Source: an uncultured Planctomycetaceae bacterium | GTDB taxonomy: Bacteria; Planctomycetota; Planctomycetia; Isosphaerales; Isosphaeraceae | Length of the DNA stretch: 64,000 nucleotides | Direction of reading: 5' to 3' | Assembly (NCBI GenBank): GCA_963833985.1 | Contig: CAWIAD010000002.1 | Coordinates: 672,001-736,000 of the forward strand | Shown here: piece by piece, positions 36,157-45,893 of the stretch | Numbering within the stretch: the stretch's first letter is position 1 | Layout: every line of letters starts with the position of its first letter | Made by a program: the position numbers and the translations under genes | Notes under the pieces: model-generated | Seen by the model: the letters and a program-made list of their open reading frames with translations, nothing else | Told to the model about the DNA's origin: nothing | Database searches by the model: none

Positions 36157-37715
36157 TCGGGACCCTTTCGTCGATACTCGAGCGCGGCGGACTTGATCTC
36201 GACATTCCCCTTGAGCTCCTCGGCGAACGGCTGGTCGGCGATGGTGATGTCCTTGCGGATGATCTGGTAGGTACCGTGCTCGCGCGCGGCCTCGATGCAG
36301 ACCGTATAGGTGCCGGGGCCAAGCGCCTTGCCGTGGTCGTCCTTGCCGTCCCAGGTGAGGGAGTACTTGCCCGGCGGGCGAGTGGCGCGGGAGATCGTGT
36401 CGATCAGGTCGGTGTCGTCGGCAAGCCGGCGGACCTGGTCGTCGCGATACCAGCGCTTCAGGTCGGCGTGCCAGCGCGGGCCCGGCTGCCGGGTCATGAG
36501 CCAGAGGGCCAGCGTCCGGGCCGTGAGGCCGTCCTTGTCCTCGATCCAGACCGCGACGTAAGGGCGGCGGTACCGGCCCGCGTTCCCCTGTGGACCGTTC
36601 ACCTCGAAGCTCACGCGCAGCTCGTAAGCGTCTCCCCAGGTGCTGTTCAACAGGGCCTTCTCGCGGGCGGGGTCCGCGGGCGCGGGCGGGGCGGCAAGCA
36701 GCCGCAAGGGCCGCTCGTAGCGGGACCACCCGGCACTTCGCTGAACGTGCCCATCGGCCGTGACGATCAGGCACTCGGCGCCCGGAACCGAAGCGGCCAG
36801 GCGCAGGCCGTGCTCGACAGGGAGCACGTTCAGCGTGGTGGCCAGCGCATTGGCGTCGGCCGCCTGCTCCGCGATGACGGTGGCGCCCACCACGTTTCCG
36901 GCGGGCTGGCCCGTTCGCGGGTCGAAGATGTGCGAGTACCACCGGCCGCCGATGCGAAACCCGCGCTGCGCGCTGCCGCTTGTGGCCACCGAGCGGTTGC
37001 GGACTTCGACGCGGGAGATGGGCTCGGCCGTCTCCGAGTCGCTGACGGCGGGAGCGATGCCGACAGACCGGGCGGCGTCGCCGACGACGCGCACATCACC
37101 GCCGATGTTCAGCAGCACGCCCAGCACGCCCCGCTCGCGATCGAGCGCCACGTCGCTGGCACGGCCGATGATGAACCCCTTGGCGATCGAGTTCAAGCTC
37201 AGCGGGCAGGGACTCAGATGCTCGGCCGTGCCGGCGGCAGCGTCAAGACGCCACCCGGGGCGGGCCATGAGCGCCCTGGCCCTGGCCAGTTCCTCGGCGG
37301 TCGGCATCCGGTCAAGCCGGGCGCAGCGCGACCAGAGTTCGGTGAGGGCCTGCACGCGCGGGTCGAAGGCTCCGCCGCTCGCCTGCCGCCACCGGTCGCT
37401 GGCCCGGAGCAGCTCGCAGAGCTCCGGCGAAACCCTCGTCGGCTGGCCGATGGCCGCCTGCCAGCGGCGGAACTCGCTGGAGGCGTCGTAGCCGCTGAAG
37501 ACGGCGGCAAGGCGGTCGATCTCGGCGAGGGCACGAGCCTCGGCCGCTTGCGCGGCGTCCTCGGTCTCGGCCAGGATGCGGAGCTCCAGCGAGGTCCCCA
37601 GCACGTTCTCGTGGCGGAATACGTAGTCCCGGGCGGGCGGGGCGGCACCCAGGGCCAGCCCACACAGCAACACGCCCGCAATCCCCACAAACGACCGCGA
37701 AGTTCGAATCGTCAT
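36153..37715 (-). CDS. apbE: FAD:protein FMN transferase (ApbE) fused to C-terminal DUF2271-like domain
   Basis: AFDP, LNSIAKGFI, NIGGD, VATSG, SHIFDPRTG, ANALAT (ApbE); YRRPYVAVWIED, DTISRATRPPG, WDGKDD, EAAREHG (DUF2271). Confidence 0.9.
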   Translation of the reverse strand: MTIRTSRSFVGIAGVLLCGLALGAAPPARDYVFRHENVLGTSLELRILAETEDAAQAAEARALAEIDRLAAVFSGYDASSEFRRWQAAIGQPTRVSPELCELLRASDRWRQASGGAFDPRVQALTELWSRCARLDRMPTAEELARARALMARPGWRLDAAAGTAEHLSPCPLSLNSIAKGFIIGRASDVALDRERGVLGVLLNIGGDVRVVGDAARSVGIAPAVSDSETAEPISRVEVRNRSVATSGSAQRGFRIGGRWYSHIFDPRTGQPAGNVVGATVIAEQAADANALATTLNVLPVEHGLRLAASVPGAECLIVTADGHVQRSAGWSRYERPLRLLAAPPAPADPAREKALLNSTWGDAYELRVSFEVNGPQGNAGRYRRPYVAVWIEDKDGLTARTLALWLMTRQPGPRWHADLKRWYRDDQVRRLADDTDLIDTISRATRPPGKYSLTWDGKDDHGKALGPGTYTVCIEAAREHGTYQIIRKDITIADQPFAEELKGNVEIKSAALEYRRKGPE

Positions 37716-37761
37716 CGGTCTGATGGCTCCCATGCTGATCGGACCACCGGTCTGGATTCGG

Positions 37762-38323
37762 CTAAAACTGGGGACGTTCCACGCCGTCCCGTCCACGCCC
37801 TTCGTCGGGTCCACGGCCCTCTTCTCCACGGAGTAAGCCCCCGCGCCCGCGCCGCGCCTGCACCGGCCTGCTGCTGCACAAGCTTTGTCAGCTCGTCCTT
37901 GTCGACGAACCCGTCCTTGTTCGCGTCGGCCCGCTCCAGAAGTCCCTGCATCCGCTCGGGAAGCTCGTCCTTGCTTAACTTCCCATCCCCGTTCTTGTCG
38001 AAGGCCATCATCCGCGCAACCAGCTCCGCGGGGTTCGGCCCGGCCTGGCCGCCCTCTCGGAAGGCCGGGAGATACTCGTCGCGCGTGAGCTTGCCGTCAT
38101 TGTTCCGGTCTAGAGTCCGCAGCGCGGTGGCTGCGTTGTCGATCTCCCGGGCGGAAAGTTCACCGTCGCCATCGGCGTCAAGGGCCGCGACAATCGGCAG
38201 GACCGGGAATCCACCCCCGGGCGGCCCCCCCCTTCCGGGCCGTCCCGGCGGCTGCGCGGGGACGGATCGGGCCAGGATGACCACCACGATCACCAGGCCG
38301 GACGCAAGCATCATTCGTCTCAT
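37762..38323 (-). CDS. Secreted multi-EF-hand protein (4 loops); C-terminus probably frameshifted near 37850
   Basis: DADGDGELSARE, DRNNDGKLTRDE, DKNGDGKLSKDE, DANKDGFVDKDE after a signal peptide. Confidence 0.85.
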
Positions 38324-38474
38324 GCGATTCGCTCCCATGGGAAAACGCGGGAACTCATGGGGTGCGCGGCCGTCCCGCCGGCCGCAGCCCGCCGCGCCCC
38401 GGTAATCTGCAAACATTCCTTGTATACGACACTCAGAGAAGTCAGAATCCCTTCATGCGATGTTTGGGGCATCG

Positions 38475-39644
38475 TCATCGCGAGGAAGGCCGCGCCGCGG
38501 GTCCGCCGTTGGGGATCGGTTCCTCGGAAATGGTGCCAGCCTCCTGACCCCGCAGATGCTGATCGAAGAACTGCCGGATGCGCTGCGCAACGTCCGGGCT
38601 CCGAAATCCGCCGTGCCCCGCGCCCGTCACCGGGACGAAGAGACAGCTCACACCGGCTTCCTTGAGCGCCCTGGAAAACCGCTCCGACTGGTTGAACGGG
38701 ACCAGCGGATCCGCCGTCCCGTGCAGGATCAGGAACGGCGGGTCTTCCCTCGAGACGTAAGTGATGGGCGAGGCCGCGCGGGCCGCATCCTTGTTTTCCT
38801 GCACGGGGCCGCCGATCAGTTGCGATTCGGGCGACTCGGGAGAGTTGTGTGAACCGCCCATCGCCGGCAGGTCGCTGGGGCCGAACTCGTCGACCACGCA
38901 TTGCACCTTGCTGCTGGTTCCCTGGTAAGGACCGACGTCTCCCTCGAGCGGGGCGATCCCTCCGCTGGTGCCCAGCATGGCCACCAGGTGCCCGCCGGCC
39001 GATCCGCCGATGACGCCGATCTTCTCGGGGTCGAAATGGTACTTCGAGGCATTGGCGCGGACCCAGCGAATCGCCGCCTTGCAGTCGTGGATCTGCGCCG
39101 GCCAGATCGCCTGCCCGCTGAGCCGGTAGTTGATCGAGACCGCGGCGTAATCTCCGCTGGCAACCAGGGGAAGGATCTCGCGCACGCCCATGCTCTTGTC
39201 GCCCATCCGGAAGGCACCGCCGTGGATGTTCACCACCACGGGCAATGGCTTTTCCCCCTTCGGTGCCTTCGGAACGTAGACGTCGAGCGTTTGCCTGGGG
39301 TCCTTCGTGGCGGCATAGGGGATGTTCCTCTCCACCTTCACCCTTTCGGGCGCCTGGACGTTCCCGCCGGGGCCCTGACCAGGACCACCAGGCCCGCCTG
39401 GGCCTCCAGCACGGTTGCGGAAGAACGCTTCGTCTTCCTGCCGGGAGATGAAGCCATCCTTGTTGGTGTCGATTGTGCCGAACTGGTCGCGGACGAATCC
39501 GGGCAGCTCATCGCGGCTCAGCTTGCCGTCCTTGTTGGTATCGAACCGTTCGAAGGGGCTGTTTCCGCCCGGAGGCTGCGCGTGAAGGACGCTGGCACAG
39601 AGAATCGTGAGGGCTGGCAGGACCCCTCGGACCAATCGGCTCAT
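38475..39644 (-). CDS. Secreted EF-hand + alpha/beta-hydrolase (esterase) fusion
   Basis: DTNKDGKLSRDE, DTNKDGFISRQE; HGGAF oxyanion motif, GGSAGG nucleophile elbow, HGTADPLV, GAGHG. Confidence 0.9.
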   Translation of the reverse strand: MSRLVRGVLPALTILCASVLHAQPPGGNSPFERFDTNKDGKLSRDELPGFVRDQFGTIDTNKDGFISRQEDEAFFRNRAGGPGGPGGPGQGPGGNVQAPERVKVERNIPYAATKDPRQTLDVYVPKAPKGEKPLPVVVNIHGGAFRMGDKSMGVREILPLVASGDYAAVSINYRLSGQAIWPAQIHDCKAAIRWVRANASKYHFDPEKIGVIGGSAGGHLVAMLGTSGGIAPLEGDVGPYQGTSSKVQCVVDEFGPSDLPAMGGSHNSPESPESQLIGGPVQENKDAARAASPITYVSREDPPFLILHGTADPLVPFNQSERFSRALKEAGVSCLFVPVTGAGHGGFRSPDVAQRIRQFFDQHLRGQEAGTISEEPIPNGGPAARPSSR

Positions 39645-40126
39645 GGTGGGTTTTCCCTGGAGAGTTGGCGTCAGACCATGCACGACCCGGCAGCCGTCTC
39701 GAACGCTTGAGCGACAACAGGGGACGGCCTGGCGACCCTGGATTGTGGTATGGAAGCCTCTGGACGGGAAGTTTCATTAGCCTAAATTCCCCTTCATTGA
39801 AGCACGCGGAACCCTGCCGGTCCATTCGGACCTGCACGCTGATCGGTTTCGATTGCCCGCTGGCACTGCGCGACCGGCGCGTGCTCCGGATTCACGCCGT
39901 CCTCCCGGCCGCCCTCTTGCGGCGTCTCAACCGTAGCGCGACAATCGGTCTCAGGAGGCTCATGATGCCCGACGAATGTGGGCAAGCCTCGAGCACTGTT
40001 GCCGGCTCGCGACTCCAGGGCTTTCTCCGCCGTATCCCACCTGACACCAGGCCCGCCCAGAGACCCACCCGCCTCGAGCCGATCGGGAGGTGACCCGCTC
40101 CTTTTCTTGCTTTTTCAAGGAGAGCG

Positions 40127-41422
40127 ATGATGCGAGAAACACCAGCGCCGGTGACGCGCGAAGACAGCGCGAACACGAATACAGCCGCGAGCGCGACCCG
40201 GCGTGGCTTCCTGGGCGCCGCGGGAGCCGCGGCCGTGGCGCCGGGCTTTACGATCCTCAGCCAGCAGGCCAGGGGGGCCAACGATCGGATCGGCATCGGC
40301 TTCATCGGCACCGGAGGCCGAGCCCAGGCCCACCTGGACATCATCAACGGGCTGAAGCAGCAGGGTCAGGCCGCGGCTGTCGCGGTCTGCGACGTCTACC
40401 GTCCCCGGCTGACGGCGGCCAGCCAGAAGACCGGCGGGGCCAGGATGTACATGGAGCACGAGGCGCTCCTGGCCAACCCCGACGTGGACGTCGTCTGTAT
40501 TGCCACCCCCGACCGCCTGCACGCCCCCCAGACCATCGACGCGATCCATGCCGGCAAGGACGTCTACTGTGAGAAACCGCTGACGCACTGGGGCCAGTTC
40601 GAGCTGGCCAAGAAGGTACAGGAAGCGGCCACCAGCAAGGGCCGGCTGGTGCAGGTGGGCACCCAGCACATGGCCGACGACAACTACCCCGAGATCATCC
40701 GGCTGATCCGCAACGGCATCATCGGCAAGCCCATGCACGTGACGTGCAGCTACTTTCGCCGGGGCGACTGGGGCGAACGGATGCCCATCCCCGATGCCAG
40801 CGCACGCCCCGGGGCCGACCTGATCTGGGAGCGGTTCCTGGGCGATGCCCCGCGGGTTCCCTTCTCCGTCTCCCGATTCTTCCAGTGGCGCATGTACTGG
40901 GACTACGCGGGCGGACCGGCCACGGATCTTCTTGTACACACATTCACACCGGTCTTCTGCGTGCTCGAGCTTGGCTATCCCGATCGCGTTTTTGGCGGCG
41001 GTGGGACCTTCGAGTACCACCGGGAAGTTCCCGACCAGTGCAACATCATCGTGGACTATCCCGGGGGCCCCAGCGTGGTGCTGACCAATTCGCTCTCGAA
41101 TGCATACCCGGCCGACACGGTCATCCGCGGCAGCGACGGCATCATCACCTGGGGCATGCTCCAGGGCGGGCAAGAGTACGGCGTGCGCCTTCAGCCCTTT
41201 GGTCGTGGCAGGAAGGAGATCCAGTTGCCGTGGAAGGGCCAGGGTGACACCAGCAAGCTCTGGATCGACTTCCTCTCCTGCGTCCGCACGCGGCAGCAGC
41301 CGCTTTGCAACGTGGCGATGGCCGTGCGGGTGCAGGCCCCACTCTCGATGGCCATCATCTCGCACCGCGAAAGCAAGGTCGTGAAATTCGACGCCCGGGC
41401 ACAGTCGCTGATCACCGTTTGA
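40127..41422 (+). CDS. Tat-exported Gfo/Idh/MocA oxidoreductase
   Basis: TRRGFL, ANDRIGIGFIGTGGR, IATPDRLH, DVYCEKP. Confidence 0.9.
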   Translation: MMRETPAPVTREDSANTNTAASATRRGFLGAAGAAAVAPGFTILSQQARGANDRIGIGFIGTGGRAQAHLDIINGLKQQGQAAAVAVCDVYRPRLTAASQKTGGARMYMEHEALLANPDVDVVCIATPDRLHAPQTIDAIHAGKDVYCEKPLTHWGQFELAKKVQEAATSKGRLVQVGTQHMADDNYPEIIRLIRNGIIGKPMHVTCSYFRRGDWGERMPIPDASARPGADLIWERFLGDAPRVPFSVSRFFQWRMYWDYAGGPATDLLVHTFTPVFCVLELGYPDRVFGGGGTFEYHREVPDQCNIIVDYPGGPSVVLTNSLSNAYPADTVIRGSDGIITWGMLQGGQEYGVRLQPFGRGRKEIQLPWKGQGDTSKLWIDFLSCVRTRQQPLCNVAMAVRVQAPLSMAIISHRESKVVKFDARAQSLITV

Positions 41423-41582
41423 GCCCTGGCCGGGGGGAGACGAGAGATCCCGTCCCCGCAGCACCAGGCCCACCTGCTTGCGCCTCCTGGTGGGTTTCGT
41501 CTTGATGGTCAGGCGGCGTCACAACGGATAAGATGGCCCAACGGGTGATCGCTGTTTGTGAATCTGTACATGACCAGGGGCG

Positions 41583-41830
41583 ATGATGAGCAAGGTTGCC
41601 CTCTTGCGTGTCGGGCAAACCCTGATCGGGTCCGCTCTTCAACGAGCCGATGCGCGTCGAGACCGTTGCTGCCTCAGGGAACAGTTCCTGAGTGGTCGGG
41701 CTTGTGGGAGCCCAGTCGGAACGCTTTCGGCGTGTCACGATGTCCGAGTCGGACCTTGCCGCCATCGCGATTCTCGACGCCGAGATGGCGTTTGACGGCG
41801 ACGGCAACCTTCTACGCCTCGGCACGATAT
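41583..41830 (+). pseudogene. Degenerate fragment, possibly the N-terminus of a SNF2-type helicase
   Basis: Across a frameshift and a TGA: LRVGQTLIG-PLFNEPMRVETV...*VVGLVGAQSERFRRVTM...FDGDGNLLRLG; recognised from memory only. Confidence 0.35.
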
Positions 41831-42109
41831 CACGAGCGTCGATCTATCGACTGGGGATCTCCGACTCATCGAAGTGAAAGGGATCGGTACATCGACGGCA
41901 GTGTTTTGCTCAGCCCCAACGAGCCGCAGATGGCCGAGTGCCGCCGTGATTGTTGCTGGCTTCACTTCGTCACCCACCGCAATACATCGCCGGTACCGCG
42001 CGAACCAATTGGCGACCGCGCGCCTGGAATGGGTAAAAGTGACGAAAGTGGCACATCATCGCATCGACACAACCGAGATTCTTTAGGAATACGTTTTCGA
42101 GAGTGTGGC

Positions 42110-42457
42110 ATGAAAACCAGACAACGCCAGCGAAGAGACGGACGACCGGACAAAAACATCTTAGCCGAGATTATCAAGCGCGTCGTTGAGGCCGCGCAGC
42201 CAGACAAGATCATTCTGTTCGGTTCGGCCGCACGCGGCGAGATGGGGCAAAACAGCGACATTGATATCATGGTCATCAAGAGCGGCAAGTTCGACCACTG
42301 GCGCTTGCTGGCGACGATTTACCGCCACCTGCGCGGGGACCTCGCCGCTGTGGATGTCGTGCTCGCTACACCTGAAGACATCCACCTCTATGGAGATTCT
42401 CCATACCTGGTCTTTTACCCGGCACTGCGGGAGGGCATGGTCGTCTATGGGGCATAG
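42110..42457 (+). CDS. Minimal nucleotidyltransferase (MNT antitoxin-type)
   Basis: KIILFGSAARGE...SDIDIMVI...VDVV...ALREG. Confidence 0.88.
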   Translation: MKTRQRQRRDGRPDKNILAEIIKRVVEAAQPDKIILFGSAARGEMGQNSDIDIMVIKSGKFDHWRLLATIYRHLRGDLAAVDVVLATPEDIHLYGDSPYLVFYPALREGMVVYGA

Positions 42458-42600
42458 ACGCTTGCCACCAACCGATCCGCGCGAATCGCTGAACAGGACC
42501 AGGAGCAACCTGGCAGGGCTGGCCAGGCCATCCCTGGCGTCTACCTGGAAGATCTTTGCTTCGACGCGCAGCAAGCGGCTGAGAAAGCCATCAAGGTGAT
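42447..42600 (+). pseudogene. HEPN-domain gene remnant
   Basis: DPRESLNRTRSNL then, frameshifted, PGVYLEDLCFDAQQAAEKAIK; truncated after that. Confidence 0.7.
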
Positions 42601-42614
42601 GGGAGCGGGAGGCA

Positions 42615-42736
42615 GACTTGCTAGACGCCCATCCCCGTTTGACGCGAGAAGCTATTCAGGCTGCACTCGCCTACGCGGCAGACATCCTGGTCCACGAAGA
42701 AACCGTGGAACTCGAACCGGCACCGGGTGATGCCTG
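42615..42736 (+). pseudogene. DUF433-like antitoxin C-terminal remnant
   Basis: LLDAHPRLTREAIQAALAYAAD resembles the DUF433 tail. Confidence 0.55.
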
Positions 42737-42940
42737 AGCTGACGACGAGCAGGAATCGTCCGGTTCAGACGGATGTGTGGTGCAACCTTGTGAGCCATGG
42801 TCAGCAGGGCGATAATGACGGGGTTCTGCGGGCTTCGCCGGTCGCTCGACGTGTGAGCGAGCCATCGCACCGTCCGGCGCCCCTGTCGAAACCCGCAGGC
42901 GAGGTCCGTGACCGATTCCTTGAAGGGAGGAGGCACTGAG

Positions 42941-44263
42941 ATGCGGTCGCCACGGCGGCATTTCCTGTTCGGATCATTGGCAGCCCTGGCCGCGGAAGGC
43001 GCCGGGGCCCGTGCGGCTGCGGCCAACGAACGGGTCGTGGTCGGCTTCATGGGTGTGGGCGGACGAGGACGCGACCTGCTGCGACGCTTCAGCAAGCGGG
43101 ACGATGTTGAAGTGGCCTACATCGCCGATGTCGATTCCCGGCGCCTGCCTGAAGCGGCCTCCGAGGCCGCACGATCGAGTGGACGGGTACCAAAGACAGT
43201 TCAGGACGTTCGCCATGTGCTCGATGACAGGGCCGTCGATGCCCTGGTGATTGCCACGCCGGATCACTGGCATGCGCTGGGGACTGTCTGGGCCTGCCAG
43301 GCTGGCAAGGACGTCTACGTCGAGAAGCCAACCAGCCACAGCATCTGGGAATCTCGCCAGATGGTCCGCGCCGCGAGGAAGTATGAGCGCGTTGTCCAGG
43401 TTGGCACGCAGTGCCGCAGCGCGTCGTATGTGCAGGGGGCCATCGAGTACATCAAGTCCGGACAGCTTGGCGAGGTCCACTTCGTGCGCGTGCTCAACAG
43501 CAAGCCGCGCTCGAGCATCGGCAAGCAATCCAACAAGCCGGTGCCGGCCGGCGTCGACTACGACCGCTGGCTCGGCCCCGCGCCTTCCCGACCCTTCAAC
43601 GAGAACCACTTTCACTACGCCTGGCACTGGTTCTGGAATTATTCCGGGGGCGACATCAGCAACGACGGCGTGCACCAGATCGACCTGGCCCGCTGGGTCA
43701 TCGACCGCGCTTATCCCAAAAGCGTCTATTCCACCGGCGGCATCCACTTCTTCAAGGACGATCAGGAGACACCGGACACCCAGGTGGTGAGCTGGGATTA
43801 CGACGGCCTGACGATGGCCTTCGAGCAGACCCTCTGGACCCCTTACCAGCAAAAGACGCCGTTCAACCTGCGGGACCGCGATGAGCTGCCGAAGTGGCCG
43901 TTCAGCGGCACGCGGATCGAGATCTTTGGCAGCAAGCGCTGGATGATGCTCGGGCGGCACGGCGACGGCTGGGAGGTGTTTGACAAGGACTTCCGCTCCG
44001 TCGCCCACCAGTACGGCCGCCAGGCGGACGACCTCCACATCGGCAATTTCGTCGACTGCATCCGCTCACGGAAGCGGCCGAATGCCGATATCGAGCAGGC
44101 GCACCTTTCGACCTTGCTCTGCCACTACGGCAACATCGCCTATCGCGCTGGCCGAAAGCTGGTCATCGATCCTGCCACCGAAGGGTTCGTTGGCGATGAT
44201 GAGGCGAACGCACTGGTGGAGCGGACGTACCGGGAGCCCTATGTCGTGCCTGAAATTGTTTGA
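42941..44263 (+). CDS. Tat-exported Gfo/Idh/MocA oxidoreductase
   Basis: PRRHFL, GVGGRG, IATPDHWH, DVYVEKP, NDGVHQID. Confidence 0.9.
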   Translation: MRSPRRHFLFGSLAALAAEGAGARAAAANERVVVGFMGVGGRGRDLLRRFSKRDDVEVAYIADVDSRRLPEAASEAARSSGRVPKTVQDVRHVLDDRAVDALVIATPDHWHALGTVWACQAGKDVYVEKPTSHSIWESRQMVRAARKYERVVQVGTQCRSASYVQGAIEYIKSGQLGEVHFVRVLNSKPRSSIGKQSNKPVPAGVDYDRWLGPAPSRPFNENHFHYAWHWFWNYSGGDISNDGVHQIDLARWVIDRAYPKSVYSTGGIHFFKDDQETPDTQVVSWDYDGLTMAFEQTLWTPYQQKTPFNLRDRDELPKWPFSGTRIEIFGSKRWMMLGRHGDGWEVFDKDFRSVAHQYGRQADDLHIGNFVDCIRSRKRPNADIEQAHLSTLLCHYGNIAYRAGRKLVIDPATEGFVGDDEANALVERTYREPYVVPEIV

Positions 44264-44294
44264 ATTCAGGTCTTCTGGACTGGGGTGACAGACC

Positions 44295-44927
44295 GTGGCA
44301 GGACCAACTCCACCAGCCAGCAGGGGGCCCGTGTTGACTGGTGTGGAACTCGAACTGGGAATGCCCAGGCGTGCTCGTGAGTGCCTGATCCGGGCTCTCG
44401 GTTCGTGCTTCATCGTGCTGGCCGCGGGCACGACGATCCTGGGACTCGTTGCGCTCGTCCATGGGTTCCTCAAGGCGACGCTGATCGAGCAAGCTCCAGA
44501 TGAGACCCTCCGCACCGTGGTTCTTATCGGAGTCCCACTCGTTGTCTCGTTACTACTTGGCTGGCTGCAATTCCGTCTGGGACAGGGGCTGCGGAAGCTC
44601 ACTCCGCTGGCTCGATCGGTTGCACTGGTGTTGCTCGTGCCGGCCTGCGTGCCGCCTCTGGTGGTCTTCTTCCATGCCGTGCGTGCGGGTGCCCTGCCGG
44701 AGGCGGCACTGTCGCTTCTGGGGCTGGCCGTACTTGCCGGAGCGTCCCTCCTGCTGGGCTCGGCCGGGACGGATTGCCTCTTCAGCCCCGAGTATCGTGC
44801 CATTTCCCGCGATCCGCCCCACTTCTTCCCGAACACCCATCCGGGACTTGCGATTCTGTTCCGTGTTCTCATCATGGTTATCGGCACGATCGTGGCGATT
44901 CTGATCCTTGCACGCAACCGCTCATGA
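44295..44927 (+). CDS. Hypothetical membrane protein
   Basis: About five hydrophobic segments; co-oriented with neighbours. Confidence 0.6.
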   Translation: MAGPTPPASRGPVLTGVELELGMPRRARECLIRALGSCFIVLAAGTTILGLVALVHGFLKATLIEQAPDETLRTVVLIGVPLVVSLLLGWLQFRLGQGLRKLTPLARSVALVLLVPACVPPLVVFFHAVRAGALPEAALSLLGLAVLAGASLLLGSAGTDCLFSPEYRAISRDPPHFFPNTHPGLAILFRVLIMVIGTIVAILILARNRS

Positions 44928-44962
44928 GCCGGGTTCGGACCTCGTGCTGAGAGATACTTGCA

Positions 44963-45586
44963 ATGCCCGTTGTCGAGCAACAGACGCAAGGAAGATGGCG
45001 TATCGGAGCGATGATTGTCATCGCCTGCCTCGTCGCGGCCGTCTCGTATGGCCTCTCGATTGTGTTGCACCGTCGGGCGGTCGCGGAAGTCAACGCGGCC
45101 CGAATTCTCATGGTCCAGGGTAACTGGCCCGCGGCCATTGAGCATCTTGACCGGGCGATCGCGAACGATGCGTTCCTGCTTGATGCCCACATGCTGCGGG
45201 CAACCGCCATCAACAAGGACATGTCTGAGACCAACTATGCGCTCGTGCTGCAATCCAGCGCCAAGGCAGTCGCCGACACGGATTACGTCCTGAGATTTCA
45301 GCCGGGGTCTGGAGACGCCCATTATCAGCGGGCGATCGCGCTGCGGACCGCGCGAGGACTCCATCAAGCGCGGGATGAGTTCACGCGGGCCATCGCATTG
45401 CTGGACGACCCGACCGATGCCCTGGCGGAAAGGGCCGGGATCTCATTCGTGCTCCAGGACTACGAAGCGGCTGAGAAGGACATTTCGGCGGCCATCGACC
45501 GGCGTCCGCAGGTCCCCGAGTATCTTGAAACCCGCGAGTTCTACCGCCGTTTTCTGCGCGTCCACCAGCGTGCTGCTGGGAGGTGA
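44963..45586 (+). CDS. Membrane-anchored TPR protein
   Basis: N-terminal TM helix; AIEHLDRAI, AHYQRAIAL, DYEAAEKDISAAI. Confidence 0.7.
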   Translation: MPVVEQQTQGRWRIGAMIVIACLVAAVSYGLSIVLHRRAVAEVNAARILMVQGNWPAAIEHLDRAIANDAFLLDAHMLRATAINKDMSETNYALVLQSSAKAVADTDYVLRFQPGSGDAHYQRAIALRTARGLHQARDEFTRAIALLDDPTDALAERAGISFVLQDYEAAEKDISAAIDRRPQVPEYLETREFYRRFLRVHQRAAGR

Positions 45587-45625
45587 GAATCACCAGCGTG
45601 AGCCGCCCTTGCGAGAGTGCGCGGC

Positions 45626-45880
45626 TCAAGGCCCTGGGTGAGTTCCCGGGCGGGTGCAGTCGACCACGTAGCCGACGACGAGGATGGAGACGCTGCCCGC
45701 GAACAGGAGGATGAGTGCACCGGCAAGCCGGAACTGGGGATCGGGCAGGTTGTTGGCGGCCAGCCACGGCCCCAGCTCCTCGACGTCGAGGACCGTATCG
45801 CCGAACGCCTCGGTGGTGGCCAGCACTCCAGCGAGGATCCGGCTCACGAGCCAGGGAAGATCACGGAGTCTTGCGACCAT
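45626..45880 (-). CDS. Small hypothetical membrane protein
   Basis: 84-aa ORF with two hydrophobic stretches. Confidence 0.4.
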   Translation of the reverse strand: MVARLRDLPWLVSRILAGVLATTEAFGDTVLDVEELGPWLAANNLPDPQFRLAGALILLFAGSVSILVVGYVVDCTRPGTHPGP

Positions 45881-45893
45881 CAGCGCACCTCAT

